From assembly GCA_951406725.2 (NCBI GenBank), contig OX597821.1:32922001-32986000 (forward strand): a DNA stretch of 64,000 nucleotides, read 5' to 3'. The notes beneath the pieces are model-generated. The model saw only the letters and a program-made list of their open reading frames with translations, made no database searches and was not told the DNA's origin. This document shows, piece after piece, positions 14,651 to 28,179 of this stretch; position 1 is the stretch's first letter, and each line of letters starts with the position of its first letter. Position numbers and translations under genes: made by a program. The stretch is from Octopus vulgaris (Eukaryota).

Positions 14651-14929
14651 ATGCGTGCGTGCGTGTATGTATATGTACATGCATATATGTAGGTATGTAT
14701 ATTAGTAAGCAATGGATCGCGGACTGGCCCGTCTGAGTTCTGCATCCAACTTACTTTTCACAGATGCATGCACTACAAAAATAAGAGGAAATGTGTATGT
14801 GAATATACCTGTGTGAGTAAGTGTGCATAAATGTGTATGAGTGTGTGTGAGTGTGTGCAGTGTATGTGTGTGTGACTGTGAGTCTGTGTGTGTGTGCCTA
14901 TGTGTATGTGTGTAAACAACGTACTGTTC

Positions 14930-15290
14930 TTGTAACCTCCAAACAACAGCTACAATATCCGAGTCTGTGTATTTGCAACACAAAAAGCATAGTTCACAAC
15001 GAAGTAGAGCACCTCAAGTTTTTCACTGGACATGCTAGAAATAGCTGTCAAATTTCTACTAAATGAACTGCCAACCCTCTGAAAAGAAGACGAGGTACAC
15101 TGGATAATGTCCTTTCTAGAAAAACTGGCAACAGCGAGAATGTATTTCACCATATATAGCTCTATTCAATCAGGGATAATCTGGAATCAAATGACTTTTC
15201 AGCAGCACCTATGTTTACCTCTCGTTTATCACGGTGGTTTGTCTCTAAAAGACACAGTGACAAATAAATCATCCCTACGCACTTTCTAAT
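14930..15290 (+). pseudogene. Decayed RTE-type LINE ORF2 C-terminal fragment
   Basis: ESVYLQHKKH..HLKFF.. and QHLCLPLVYHGGLSLK..KSSLRTF resemble the RTE ESW..HIRKLE.FH / RLPK.IFYGEL region. Confidence 0.35.
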
Positions 15291-15755
15291 TGAAACAAAT
15301 GATAGATTCATTGACACTAAACTCATTGCCCACACTCGTAAAGCATTCACTGCCACGTATTTTCATCATTTCTACCCTTTTCTTGTGGAGATAACCCTCG
15401 CCTGTGTCGTTTGCTAGGATAAGGCAGCTTGTATATATTTTTCTGCTCCTGGGTCCTATCCACGTTGAGGTGTACGAGTACGTAAATCTGTATAAAAAAT
15501 TAAACTCTCATGCATCATGGCCATCTAAACACAAACTATCGTCAGTATATTCTGGATAGCTGAGCTTTCTCGGTATTCGTTGAGGCGCGTTTTTGTGGTA
15601 CAAGCAGACTTTTCCGCTAATCGCCGACCCATGCTATCACTGCTTATTTTGTGATAATCATAACATGGTTCACATTTGAGCATGACGTGTTATCCCGGAT
15701 CAGTGATGAATGAACCTATGATAAACGAGATCACTTGTATTTCAGCAACTATATC

Positions 15756-16169
15756 TGTTTCTTTATTACCCACAAGGGGCTAAACATAGAAGGGACAAAC
15801 AAGGACAGACAAACGGATTAAGTCGATTACATCGACCCCAGTCCGTAACTGGTACTTAATTTATCGACCCCGAAAGGATGAAAGGCAAAGTCGACCTCAG
15901 CGGAATTTGAACTCAGAACGTAATGGCAGACGAATACCTATTTCTTTACTACCCACAAGGGGCTAAACACAGAGGGGACGAACAAGGACAGACATAGGTA
16001 TTAAGTCGATTACATCGACCCCAGTGCGTAACTGGTACTTAATTTATCGACCCCGAAAGGATGAAAGGCAAAGTCGACCTCGGCGGAATTTGAACTCAGA
16101 ACGCAGCGGCGGACGAAATACCACAAAGCATTTCGCCCGGCGTGCTAACGTTTCTGCCAGCTCGCCGCC
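15756..16169 (-). mobile_element. SINE family A dimer bounded by one 17-bp TSD
   Basis: TSD ATTTCAGCAACTATATC at 15739-15755 and 16170-16186. Internal junction GAATACC|TATTTC at 15938/15939. Confidence 0.9.
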
Positions 16170-17391
16170 ATTTCAGCAACTATATCACCACACACATACT
16201 ATTGTACTCCAGACGTTTGCTGCACTCTCACGTAATTTGTATTCGATCATAATGATTGACATTCAGGGCATGTATGTATTTTCTGTCATAGTCTCTGGTT
16301 GACCAATGCCCTATAGGAGAAATTTGGTAGACGAAAACTAAGAAGAAATCCGTCGTTTATTACATGTGTGTTTGCATAAACGTGCATATCATTTGCCGAC
16401 GTTATATCGAAGTAGGGTGTAAACTTATGTGGCCAGCATAAAACCAGTGCTTTTCGAACTGATATTTGTTCTACACCACGTTACAGACGCAGTCGTCTCA
16501 ATTTCGCTGTCAGAACTGCAGTAAACCAAGAACCAAAAACCAGTGAACCGTCGGAATCTAGTCTTCATTAATTGCTATATACAATAAAAAGACAATAAAA
16601 TATAAAAATAAATAAATAAATTGCAATTAGTTCTTTTGTGGTCTGCTCTGTTTGTATTCTGTCGTTGAGTTTTGTTGTTATGCAACGAAATAATTTTCTT
16701 TATACAAGGTACTATGGAACAACTGGCTTTTTCATTGTTCCTATTGAATAATTTATGAGGTTTGTTCTCTTTGTTGAAGTGTTTATTGATTAAGGAGAAG
16801 AATTGTTTCGCAATGTGGTACGGCCTTTGAAACAGCTCATGTTATAAGTTTCTTTCTGAACGGTAAATTGCATCAGATGGCGATTCTCTCACTAATACGA
16901 TTTTTGTTGTTTGTAATCGGTGGAGTTATATGTTATTGTGATTAGAAGTGGCTACGGATGAGTGTCTGGTTATATTTGCTCGAGCCCATACACACATACA
17001 CACACAAACACACTTACACACACACACAGACGCACACACACACATGTCTCTATCGTTGTTAATGTTTTCTCACCAGAGAAGTGTTCGTTCAACGGCATAT
17101 CTTTCTTTTTATTTTTCAGTGTTAAGTAAGTTGGTCTGACGATCATAAGGTCGCGGGTTCAATTTCTGAATCCGGCGACGCACAGAGTTCTTGAGTACGG
17201 TACTTAATTTCTTGCTGCTCAATGTATAAAATTATATTGATTTATGAATATTATTCCACACTTAATCAAGTGAGAACCCGAAGATTGCTTGGAAACACAA
17301 GGCATGTTTTTTTTTATATATAAACTTCTCTAGATACACGTTTCCACAGCAAGGAAATATTAGTAAGTCTTATCTTTATACTGTATACAGT

Positions 17392-17441
<50 letters not shown>

Positions 17442-17466
17442 TTAATGTACACAGTATTAAGGCACG

Positions 17467-17605
17467 AGCTACTAAAAGTCTCTTGCGTTAGAGACACGGG
17501 TTTAGGCAGATATTTATAACATACCGTAAGTACTATAAATCATCTAGGCATGTTATAAAAACCTTCCAAGCCTCGTGTCTCTAGAGCAAGAAACTATTAG
17601 CAGCT
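17467..17605. repeat. Imperfect ~140-bp inverted repeat
   Basis: Paired blocks AGCTACTAA/TTAGCAGCT, TCTTGC/GCAAGA, AGAGACACG/CGTGTCTCT, TTATAACAT/ATGTTATAA. Confidence 0.75.
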
Positions 17606-18270
17606 ATTTATACAGTGTTCATTAAAAGATGTTTATCTCTCACTGGATGGAGTATTCTTTTCGTTGATCTTACACTTATGGATTTATGTGTATGTGTGTA
17701 TGTGTCTGTATATATGTGTGTACATGTGTGTGTGTCTGTATACGTGTGTATAAGTGTGTCTGTGTCTGTGTATGTTTCCCTTCCACCACTATCTGTCATC
17801 AACTTCAAAACCAAACGGCCGCCCTCTTATCTCCGGACACTAAACCTATTCTATACTTTAATGGCATAACAACTTTGGAGAAATTCTTGATTCTTGAAAT
17901 AGTCTTTCCTACTCATTCTAAGCTGGCGTTATTTTAGTTGACATCTGCTAATTACGGCACATCCACTTGTCTGGAAGCGAAATTAATTTTGATAAATGAT
18001 GAATTGATGTTGTGTGATATTTTATATACTTGTATTTGTGTGTTGCTCAATACATGCCACAGACCGTCTGAGTTATTTCTCTTAGCTCATTTTTGTTTAA
18101 TTGATGCCTATTAAGGTATGTTGGGATGGTCTTCATTACCATTTGATTATTTTAATACGCCCTCCTAGAGGCCAAGATAATTTTAATAAATCAAAGATTT
18201 ATATTAAATAGTTCCCAATATACCTGGATGTGTGTTATTGTGTGTGTGCGTGCGTGCGTGCGTGCGTGCG

Positions 18271-18310
<40 letters not shown>

Positions 18311-18314
<4 letters not shown>

Positions 18315-18520
18315 GTGACCTCGTATGTACCGTTGGCGATTTTTTTTACTCTGTCTTCCCTTCTCTGGATCTTTCCTTCTCCTATGTTTCCGACGAAGAG
18401 CTCCACTCGAAACGTTAAACCCTCCTTCTTTCCTTCTTTCCTGAGCGTCTAATAATACTATATTTGTTCCACGTCCTCGCGTTGTTGTGTTTTTTTGTGC
18501 TTTCTTGTTTGGATTAACTT
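18311..18520 (+). mobile_element. Penelope-pLTR-like fragment between (TA)n tracts with degenerate hammerhead (18386-18420)
   Basis: gttt-CCGACGA-aGAG ctcca CTC-GAAA-cgtta-aac. Downstream (c/t)TGAGCGT..TAATAC is shared with the 26.0-kb fragment. Confidence 0.65.
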
Positions 18521-19382
18521 TATATATATATACAGAGAGATAGAGGGAGAATTTTTGAAGTGATGTACAGATATAGTATATTGAGAATAGTAAGGTAGTC
18601 AGAATGATGGGTGATTATATATATGCATTGTTTCTTTTATTTAAACTTTTTTAGCGCTTTCTTCCGTTATTGGATTTATCAAAAAGTGGTTTATATTAAG
18701 TTTGCTTCATCTTTTTATATAAAATTGAAACTAATGTTTTAGAAAAAGAGATGGAAGAGAGGGAAGAGGGGGAAGAGGGGAACAAATTAGAAAGGAAGGG
18801 GCAGAGGCGAGAGAGGAGGGAGAGAGTGGAGACAGTGAAGATAGATAAAATAAGTAGAAGTGTTTTGTGGGGTTGCAGAGGAAGAGATAAGAAAGAAGAA
18901 AAAGTTGGAGAGGGAGATGAGGCGTAGCTTTTGTATATCAATGTGCTTCATTCAATATGTTGTGTTTATTTCTTTTTTAGTGACCTTTTGTGTAGAGAAG
19001 GAAAGGAATTTTTTTTGTATTTAAGTGATCGAAGTTTTTAATTGGAAGACCAGATGTTGTTTTTGATTTTCTCTAGTAAGAATTATAATTACATTTCAAG
19101 GTCTTTTTTTTTTTTGTACTCATCAATCTAAGTGGGAGAGAATGGTTGTATGGATGTGGTCAATTTTTTCTTTTTATTAAAATTCCAGATGGTGTTTTTG
19201 ATTTAGCCGTATATGGCTACGTTTTTGAAAGGGTGATTTTAAAGTAAGTATAGACATGATTTTAAATAGAATCTGAAAAAAGTTTCAGTGTAGGAAAGTG
19301 TTTCTCAATTATAAATTATAAAAATCTGAATTTTTAAAGAAATTCAATGGTTGCTGCGGTGCTTGTTGTTGTTGTTGTTGTT

Positions 19383-19600
19383 AAGGCGGCGAGCTGTTAG
19401 AGTCGTTAACACGTTCGACAAACCACTTAGCTGCGCATCATGTTCTGAGTTCAAATTCTATCGGAGTCGGCTTTGCCTTTCATCATTTAGGGTTCAATAA
19501 AGTAAGTACCATTGAGTACTAGAGTTGGCGAAATCCACTAGCTCCACCCGCACCTGCCCTATAATTGCTGGCCTTGTGCCAAACTTTGAAACAATTATTA
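19383..19600 (+). mobile_element. SINE family A, older subfamily
   Basis: AAGGCGGCGAGCTG head, GTTCTGAGTTCAAATTC, GCCTTTCATC core. Further old copies near 1120-1325, 10860-11040, 36000-36280, 53930-54070 and 57430-57625. Confidence 0.8.
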
Positions 19601-19649
19601 TTGTTGTTGCTTTATTGTTGCTGTAATTGTCATTTTTATCTTTTTATTT

Positions 19650-19953
19650 TTTTACTTGTTTCAATCATTTCACTGTGGCTACGCCTTGAAGAGTTTTTAG
19701 TTGAACAAATTGACCCCAGGACTTATTTTTTTAGCCTAGTACTCAATCTATCGGTGCCGATTGTCGAACCGCTATCTTACGGTGACGTAAACGCATCAAC
19801 ACTGGTTGTCAAGCGGTGGTGGAGAATAAACACAGATACACACAGATATGGGCCATAGTGCCCAAATTCTGACTTGAAAGACTTCACCAGGTGGTGCTAT
19901 TAAGTTAGACATGGCCTGGGCCAATAATGGCCGAAACGTATCAAAGTATCAAA

Positions 19954-20022
<69 letters not shown>

Positions 20023-20268
20023 TGCGCGTGTGTGTTTGTGCACACACACACGCACATATATATATGTATATACATGTGTGTATGTATATATATATATATA
20101 TATATACGACAGTCTTCTTTCAATTTCCGTCTACCAAATCCACCCATAAGGCTTTGGTCGGTCCGAGACTATAACAAAAGACACTTGCCCAAGGTTCGAT
20201 GCAGTGGGAATTAACTCGGAACCATGTGATTTGGAAGCAAGCTTCTTACCACGCAGCTACGCCTGTGT
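19650..20268 (-). mobile_element. SINE family B with a foreign fragment (19848-19955) in its internal microsatellite
   Basis: Reverse complement of the 38797 copy. The insert carries GGCC-aataat-GGCC-GAAACGTA, a hammerhead 3' half. Confidence 0.8.
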
Positions 20269-20559
20269 CGCTATCGAATTTTTTTTTGCCATGTGATATT
20301 TCAACTGATATCGTTTGTGATAGATTTAAACAACAACATTGATTAAAACAAGATGTTGGAATAGAATACAATGAGGGTCGAGCTGAAAACTGTCGGTTCC
20401 GCGTAAGAACAAACATATTAATGTAAAGGAATGAGAGGAAAAGGAAAGCAATAGAAATAGAAAACAAAAAGGTACATTGATCGATATTGCCTCCACCATG
20501 ACAACGACCAGTACAACTACGAACGCGACCACAACTACTGCTGCTGCCTATACTGTTAA

Positions 20560-20753
20560 CCCTTTACCATTCAGATTATTCTGTAAATTGTAATGCTTAT
20601 TTATTTCCATTGTACAAACTGAATCATGAATTATCTTGTAACTGAAATTTCCATTATGTGACTGTATATTTTTGGAATGACATTGTAGGGTTGGTGTAAG
20701 AGGCTGGATCTGGCCAATTTGAACCTGATATGGTTGCCTTAAATGCTAAAGGG
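20560..20753. mobile_element. piggyBac-type MITE
   Basis: TTAA|CCCTTTAccATT ... AATgcTAAAGGG|TTAA. Confidence 0.85.
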
Positions 20754-21539
20754 TTAACATTATCGCTACCCCTAACATCAACTCAAACACCAACGTGAAG
20801 TCTTCTCCGCGGTCGCCTTGTCTGCTAGAAATACCAGACATATCTCTTTCAAATCACATCATTTCATGTTCCTCCGTCGGAGTGACGAGAATAACCTAGC
20901 CATCCCTTAGGATAACTGATAATTTGCGCGGTGACTTCACTTAAAGTGAAGAAGAGTTGTACACTGTCAATTCCTCTCCTCGTCCGTAACCATATTCAAG
21001 CCAGGGGCAAGGCCAGGCCAAGATGATTATGGACGCAGTGAATGACCAAGATGTCTTACTTACCTCATCTTGTTCTCTGCAGTCCACAGTACGTTGCTAC
21101 AGCCGGCCGCTTTTCCTTCCGTTGAATCATGGAGGTTTCTTCCGCAGAGTTCACCAGATCTAATCTTCATATGCATAGGTAGGTAAGCCCTAATATGCTA
21201 ATTAACCCATAGCTGGGACCCTGACAGGTGCTACTACTCAGAGTAGACTAAGGGACAATAGTATCAAAGAGGTGGTTCCACACTCCTTAAATCCCTGAAA
21301 CTCCTGAACCAGGGCCACACAACGGGACAGTTTAAAATCATATACCTAGGATCAACTAAAATCAGATACTATCGTTTTATAATGGCAACGACTGGAACCA
21401 CATTTGATCATAATCCTGTTGGAATTTATCAGATTTTAACCTAAACAGTAACACAATCACGACCTCAACTAACGACTACGACATCCACCATGACCATTGC
21501 TTCCACGACGACTGCCAGTAGGACTGTCACTATAAATCC

Positions 21540-21728
21540 TGATTTCAAATTTTGACAGAAGATCAGTGATGTCGCGAAAGAGGGTAAGTCGATCAAATCG
21601 ACCCCATTATTCAGCTGGTACTCATTTTATCGACCCTGAAGGCTGAAAGGCGAAGTAGACCTGGCCGGCATTTGAACTCAGAAGCATTTTTCCCGGCGTG
21701 CTAACGATTCTGCCAGCTCGCTGCCTTA
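21540..21728 (-). mobile_element. SINE family A, older subfamily
   Basis: TTTATCGACCCTGAAGG..TGAAAGG..TTTGAACTCAGAA..CTGCCAGCTCGCTGCCTT. Confidence 0.8.
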
Positions 21729-22399
21729 ATATCACTATAAATGATATCACAACCACCACCAAAGAACACTACCATAGCCACCACCAAAGAACACTACTTT
21801 GACCATTAGCACGACCGTTATTTCGATTTCTCCCCGATAGCCAACATACTGACTGTGCCTATCTTCACCCCCACCATGGCCACCACGATCAATAACTGTT
21901 GTTATTATAAGTATGAGTAACACATTTACACCTCTCGTTTTATTTTGAGCAGTACAACGAACAGCATCAGGATGACTACGGCAACAGTTATCACCCCGAC
22001 TAACACCATCGCTGCACTGTTTAGCACATCAACATCCACTACTACACTGCTGTTACGACCAGTTGAACAATGACCATCAAAATGACCACCAACATCAAAA
22101 CCAACTGTAACAAATATAACAAAATCAATAAGGTGGAAGGAGGGGAAGCGGACAAGAGTTGAAGTAAGAGATAGAAAAATGATAGAAAAACTTCTCGGAC
22201 AGAATTCACCCTCACCGTCACCGACGCTGCTACATTTTGTAAAGAAATAATAGTAACGTAAAATTTGATAGGTATGCGATGAACAAAATGGACGAGGGGA
22301 AAAAAACAGAGCATGATGAGGAAGGAAGGTGGGTGAGGAAGTAGGAAGGAAATACTAGAAGAGAGAACTACCATCGAACTGAGATGATGAACATCAGAG

Positions 22400-23121
22400 A
22401 TGGTGATGAGGATGATGAGGATGAGAAGAAGAAGAAGAAGAAGAAGAAGAAGAAGAAGAAGAAGAAGAAGAAGAAGAAGAAGAAGAAGAAGAAGGAGGAG
22501 GAGGAGGAGTAGGAGGAGGAGGTGGTGGTGGTGGTGGAGGAGGAGGAGGAGGAGGAGGAGGAGGTGGAGGAGGAGGAGGAAGGGGGATGATGAGGGGGAG
22601 AAGGAAGGGAAGGAGTAGGAGGAGGAGGAGGGGAGGGGGAGGTGAGAATGTTCATGAAAGTGGTAGAGGTAAGAAGGAGGAGGCGAAGGAAGGACAGAGC
22701 AAAGAGAAGAGGCAGTAGGGAGAACGAAAAGCTAAAAGTCGAAGAAGGAAGAGAAGGAGAAGGAAAAAGGGGGTGAGGTGAAGCGGGGTGAAGGAAGGAC
22801 GATGGAGTATGGAGAAGTTGGGGGAAAGAGAGCAAAAAGAATGAAAAATTAGAAAAGAAATGAAGAGACAATGGAAAAATAGTAGGCTTTACAAACGCAC
22901 CACATCAACATCATAATCAGTAAAACAATAACAATATGAACAACAACAACAACAACAACGCTACACCACCATTGCTATCAAATGCTCGAATAAACAAAGA
23001 ATTATATACATAACGAGTAGAAGACGATGAACTGTAGGCACAGAAGTCGATGTTTATTACCATCAAAAGCGACATCAATAGCAATGATGATGATGATGAT
23101 GATGATGATGATGGTGGGGGG

Positions 23122-23184
<63 letters not shown>

Positions 23185-23250
23185 TGGTGGTGGTGGTGGT
23201 GGTGGTGGTGGTGATGATGATGATGATGATGAAGATGGTGATGGTGAGGG

Positions 23251-23283
<33 letters not shown>

Positions 23284-23474
23284 CGACGACGATGACGATG
23301 ATGATGATGACGATGATGATGATGATGATGATGATGATGACGATGACGACGATGATGATGATGATGATGGTGATGGTGATGATGACGATGATGGTGGTGA
23401 TGATGATGATGATAACGACGATGATGACGACGACGACGATGACGACAACGATGATGATCATTATGATGATGATA

Positions 23475-23519
<45 letters not shown>

Positions 23520-23530
23520 GCAATAACAAT
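22400..23530. repeat. Compound purine-rich trinucleotide repeats (GAA, GGA, GGT, GAT, GAC)n
   Basis: Directly visible. Confidence 0.95.
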
Positions 23531-23744
23531 AACGAGATCGACATCAAAAAGATAATCAATAACTGTTGTGTGTTTTTTATAATTTATACAATTAGATTAA
23601 TCAAACAATAAGGCGTGTCTTTAAATTAACGATATCGATTTCTGACAAAGAGTGAAGAAGTCACTGGTTTATAGGATAGAGAAAGCGGGTCGCTGGGTCA
23701 CCGGGCAGGGTTCAGCATCTCAGTGGAGTATCAAAGTTGGTTGT

Positions 23745-23950
23745 AGTTCAGCCCCAGGTCGGCTCTGATTGAGCAAACCTGTGATGGAAAGTGTTCTACA
23801 TATCCATCCCATCTTATTTTCAAATGTAATATATCCAAGGTGACATTATTCGATGTTTTCAATTTCTAAAATTACTGATTTACTTGATGGGAATTTAGTT
23901 GTTATTTCCAGCAGTTAGACCCGACTACTATAGTGGATCCTCGTTGGCTT
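23745..23950 (+). mobile_element. Old interspersed repeat (family D, probably a SINE)
   Basis: Motif CCCCAGGTC.GC.CTGATTGAGCA.ACCT.TGAT...GCT(A)TTTC.AGCAG recurs near 305, 990, 10200, 20820, 29900-30110, 34190-34380 and 57680. Confidence 0.55.
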
Positions 23951-25905
23951 GAATTGCGTAACTCGGGTAACACTGCAAATGACAGCTGCTGGAAATCGCA
24001 GATACAATGACTGAATAAAGAGAAATGGCTGATAACAAGAATCAATATTACATTGCAGATAAGGTTTACTAGGATTTAACTACTTTGACAAAACGGTCGT
24101 ACTTTACGAGATTAATACAGACGTTTGCAATTTTATTTACGAATCACAATTATCTATGGAATCGGCGCTCAGATCTTGTTTCCCTTGCATTAAATTTCCT
24201 TTGCATTAAATTTAAAGTATGTTGAATACTGCTGGGCACAATGCCAGTATGCTACAGGCAATGTTTTTGCATCCTTCACAAAAAAATAGTCCTGGTATTT
24301 ATTTCCCTAAAACAAGTTTATTTGGAATATTATAGCATTAAAACAACTGCAGTAGACTTGTAATCTCAGTTAACGACAGAACATCTTAATCACAATGTGA
24401 TATCACCGCCACACGAAGAAATTATCTCAATGCATAATAATTACGCATGTTACGGTAGTAATTTCTTCCGGTTCCGAGCAGGTTAATCCTGGTTTCAATT
24501 CCTAGGTTTTCAGAGATTTGACATTTATCACAATATGGCGTCTGTGTTTGCGTAGGCTTTTTTTTTATTTCACGTCTATAATCAGAGTGGGATTTGATAT
24601 TGCTACTAATGAGTATCAACACCTGGTATACAGTATTATTTATTTATTAAATTTCACACAGAAAGAGAGAGAGAAAGAGTGAGAGAGAGAGAATGGTGGG
24701 GTTGTAAAGATTTGGTACTCAAGACTGACGATCATGTCTTACTCAAGGCTGTTAATTTGGTGAAATGACTAGACTTGGCAGTTACAACAGGGATTAGCGA
24801 TTGTTTCTTGTATCGCTAATGAGTGAATGCCATATTCATCATTAAGAACGTACAATGGCAATATGCCACTATATGGCCAAACTTTTTAAGAGCATTACGA
24901 TTAGAAGTAAATTTATAGATATTCGGAAACCTTCCCTGTAGATGGACATCTCTTTCGATACCATATTCTTTTTCCCATTTCTCTCAATTCTTTTTTTTTT
25001 TATTCTTCTTTTCAATAAAGTCCTCATGTTATTTGTATGAGTTTTGCATGAAGTTATAGCCAGTTATATGATTCAAGGTTTGCCTTGACTATTGATATCA
25101 AAACAGGTTGTTGCCGCTCGGCAAACTATTCATGTTTTGAAAACGAACAAGCTATAAGAACAATCTTTTACTTCAGTCACTCACTAGAGTATTAGATATT
25201 TTGAGTGTTTTAATATATTAAATATTTTGAATGATATCACAAATTTTAGTAATCTAGAACAGCCGTTTATTTGTCAGAATTGTTATTCTTTGTCACGCTC
25301 TCCTTGCTTAGTTCCAGAAAAGCTTTATATTATTAACAGCTATAAGTTACTTATGCCTATGTGGATAAGAATGAAAAATCGATCTCATTAGAAGTTTTTT
25401 TTTTATTATTCCTGTCTATAAAGAGTCGCCAAAACAAGTTACCAACTTCACGATTTCATCTGTTATATTGTCCAGATGATTATATTTATATCTGTTATAT
25501 TTCATCTGTTATATTGTTATATTGTCCAGATGATTACAACATTCTCTCGTAGGTTCACCATGCATTTAAAACATCGAGAAATTGCAACATACTACAAAGC
25601 GTAAAACGAAGCTGTTTAGGAAAATAACAGAAGATACTTCCATACTTTGTAGCATTCCGCACAGAAATAGACTATTGATAATGTGAGCAAAATTAACATC
25701 GTAACAGAAGGTTACAGTTAACATGCAACATGCGCACGTCACAAACGCGATTTCGATGGTATAGAACTCTGGCGATCTAACCATCAAATTTTAGCGGGAA
25801 AATCTGTATAAACATAAGCCGCGTACTATAGAAGGTTCTGAAAAGAAGCCAAAACCAATCCAAATCATGCTGATGGTTTGAAATACTCTGGATATGTTAA
25901 TAAAT

Positions 25906-25945
25906 ATCAGACCCTTACCGTTCAAACGAACGGTAAGGGTCTGAT
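25906..25945. repeat. Perfect 18-bp-stem hairpin (possible collapsed MITE)
   Basis: ATCAGACCCTTACCGTTC-aaac-GAACGGTAAGGGTCTGAT. Confidence 0.85.
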
Positions 25946-25985
25946 GCACAGCGACGAAATTGTGTGTGTGTGTGTGTGTATGTTT

Positions 25986-26170
25986 GCCATGATAGATCGT
26001 TAGAAACTACACACATTTTTTCTCTCCTTGTTTTTTCTGTGTCCCTTTCTGTAGAAGAGCATAGGCTCGAAACGTAAAAGACTTTTTCTATTCTTGAGCG
26101 TTATACTAATACATCTGTTTGTTTTGTACACCACCTGTCTTCGTCTTTTGTTTTTTTCGTAAACTTTCCC
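25986..26170 (+). mobile_element. Penelope-pLTR-like fragment with variant hammerhead (26045-26080)
   Basis: cttt-CTGTAGA-aGAGC atag GCTC-GAAA-cg-TA-aaag. Flanked by (TG)n and (TA)n. Confidence 0.65.
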
Positions 26171-26272
26171 TATATATATATATATATATATATATTCGTA
26201 GCTGATAATTCACCCTGTTGCCATTCTAATAGTTTTGCATGTATAAATATATAAAATTATAGGGACAAGTAC

Positions 26273-26330
<58 letters not shown>

Positions 26331-27231
26331 ACACACATGCATGCACATATGCACTGAATTCATTTTCAAAATTCAACGTACACCGTTGGAAATGAGAATA
26401 ATATTATGCCCATTAATCTAAATTAAGATCGATGTAAATAAAATATATACTTAAGATTTATATTTGTGTTGCTGAGAAATATACTCAGTGGGAAACGGAA
26501 ACTGAATTCTTTTAATGGTAAAATATCATTTAAATTCATATCTTTAGAATTGGTTAAATAATTGTCACCAGGAATAACAGGGACACAGAAACTACGCTTT
26601 ATATCGGTGAGATATGAACTAATCACTAGATAGCATGCCAGTATGCTTCATTACCGTTCATAACTACTATTATACTTAAAGGTTCTGTCTAGTTTTACTA
26701 TCAGATTCTTGCTGCAGATGTGCTGAGCAATCCTCTTGGTCTCTTAGGTTTTAACAAGTTCTTATAGGGTTAGTATTATAACCTTCATATGCAAAGATCA
26801 TGCCCAAACTACACCTCCCGAATTGGTACGTATCAGAATAGATGGTCTCAAAGCTGTCGGGAAATGCAATGTTCAACACTCATACAGTATTTCCATATCA
26901 TACAGAATTGTACTAAGTCTAACATGAAACCTATTGAAAGATATGTACACTACGTTGTTCAAAACTTAAAAGCTGCTTTTGTCATTAACTCATAGCACCA
27001 CAGTGAAGTGGACCATTTGACTTGTAATGGCTGGGCCAGTAAATGTAACTAATGTTCAGTATGTATGAGCACAGTCTGTTCCTCTCAAATGTACGAAAAG
27101 TGATATAAATGTCTCTGTGTTCAATGCGTTGGCATAAATTTCATCACAAACCTCGAAATCGTTCGCGATATTGGACTATTTTAAAGAACATCAGAAAAGC
27201 CTATCAGCTGGGAGTTAACTACGAAGTTATC

Positions 27232-27299
<68 letters not shown>

Positions 27300-27624
27300 C
27301 CACGGACATTTGAATTATGTAAGTAATTCTTTTGTTAAAGGCCGAAACTGAGGTATGCAATTAATTCTGTTTTTTATATAAATTTTCATCTGTCCTGCCC
27401 GCCAAATTTGGTTCTGGTGTTCGCTGAATTTTTCCTCTAGAGAACTTTCTTTGTAGTTTGATCGTTGATGATCTATTTCTAGCATACGGCCGACTACCTA
27501 GCAGTCTTGCCCTGCCAATATACACATATATTATAATTTTCTCTGATTTTTCAGATTTTTTGTATGCTAGACTACTGGTTTTAAATTGATATTGAAATTA
27601 ATATTAATTTATCTCCCTCATTAT

Positions 27625-27669
<45 letters not shown>

Positions 27670-27905
27670 ATGAGCGTCAAATTATATACGGTGAGATAGA
27701 ACTATTAGTTTAGTCAGATATTTATATAGCCATGTTTAACTGAGCAAGGAGGCAGGCACTCTGTTGTCTAAATGTCAACGCCATTATACGATATTAGGAT
27801 AGACAGGAGGTGCAACTCTCGTCAGAGAATCTGATTATTTCCGTCCTAAAAAAGTGATTGTAAAATGTCTCTTGTCACTTATTTATACATTTCTAATTTG
27901 CATAC

Positions 27906-27978
<73 letters not shown>

Positions 27979-28179
27979 CATATGTATTTATATATATATA
28001 TATATATATATAACGTGACGTATTTTTGCCATTTCAATATGGCTAACCCCTAAGGGTGGATGCTACTGTAGTTTTTAGCCCCAGGAGGACACACTCCTCC
28101 AGCTGGCCATAGACACACTTTCTGTGTCCTGTCAGTATTTGCAAAGGGAAGTCATCCTTCCCGTCTTCAACTTATGATA

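Noticed and set aside
18540-19330. Possible LINE relic (IYKSY motif), similar weak relics at 33560-34090, 42800-43500 and 59400-59700
   Set aside because: Too degraded to support a specific call without a profile search.
23027-23611. 194-aa poly-Asp/Gly ORF resembling an acidic biomineralisation protein
   Set aside because: Pure (GAT/GGT/GAC)n tract open in several frames, with no signal peptide or splice evidence. Similar tracts occur at 32 kb.
27668-27905. Island between (TA)n with CTGACGA on the minus strand
   Set aside because: No matching stem II-GAAA-stem III found, so not called a hammerhead.
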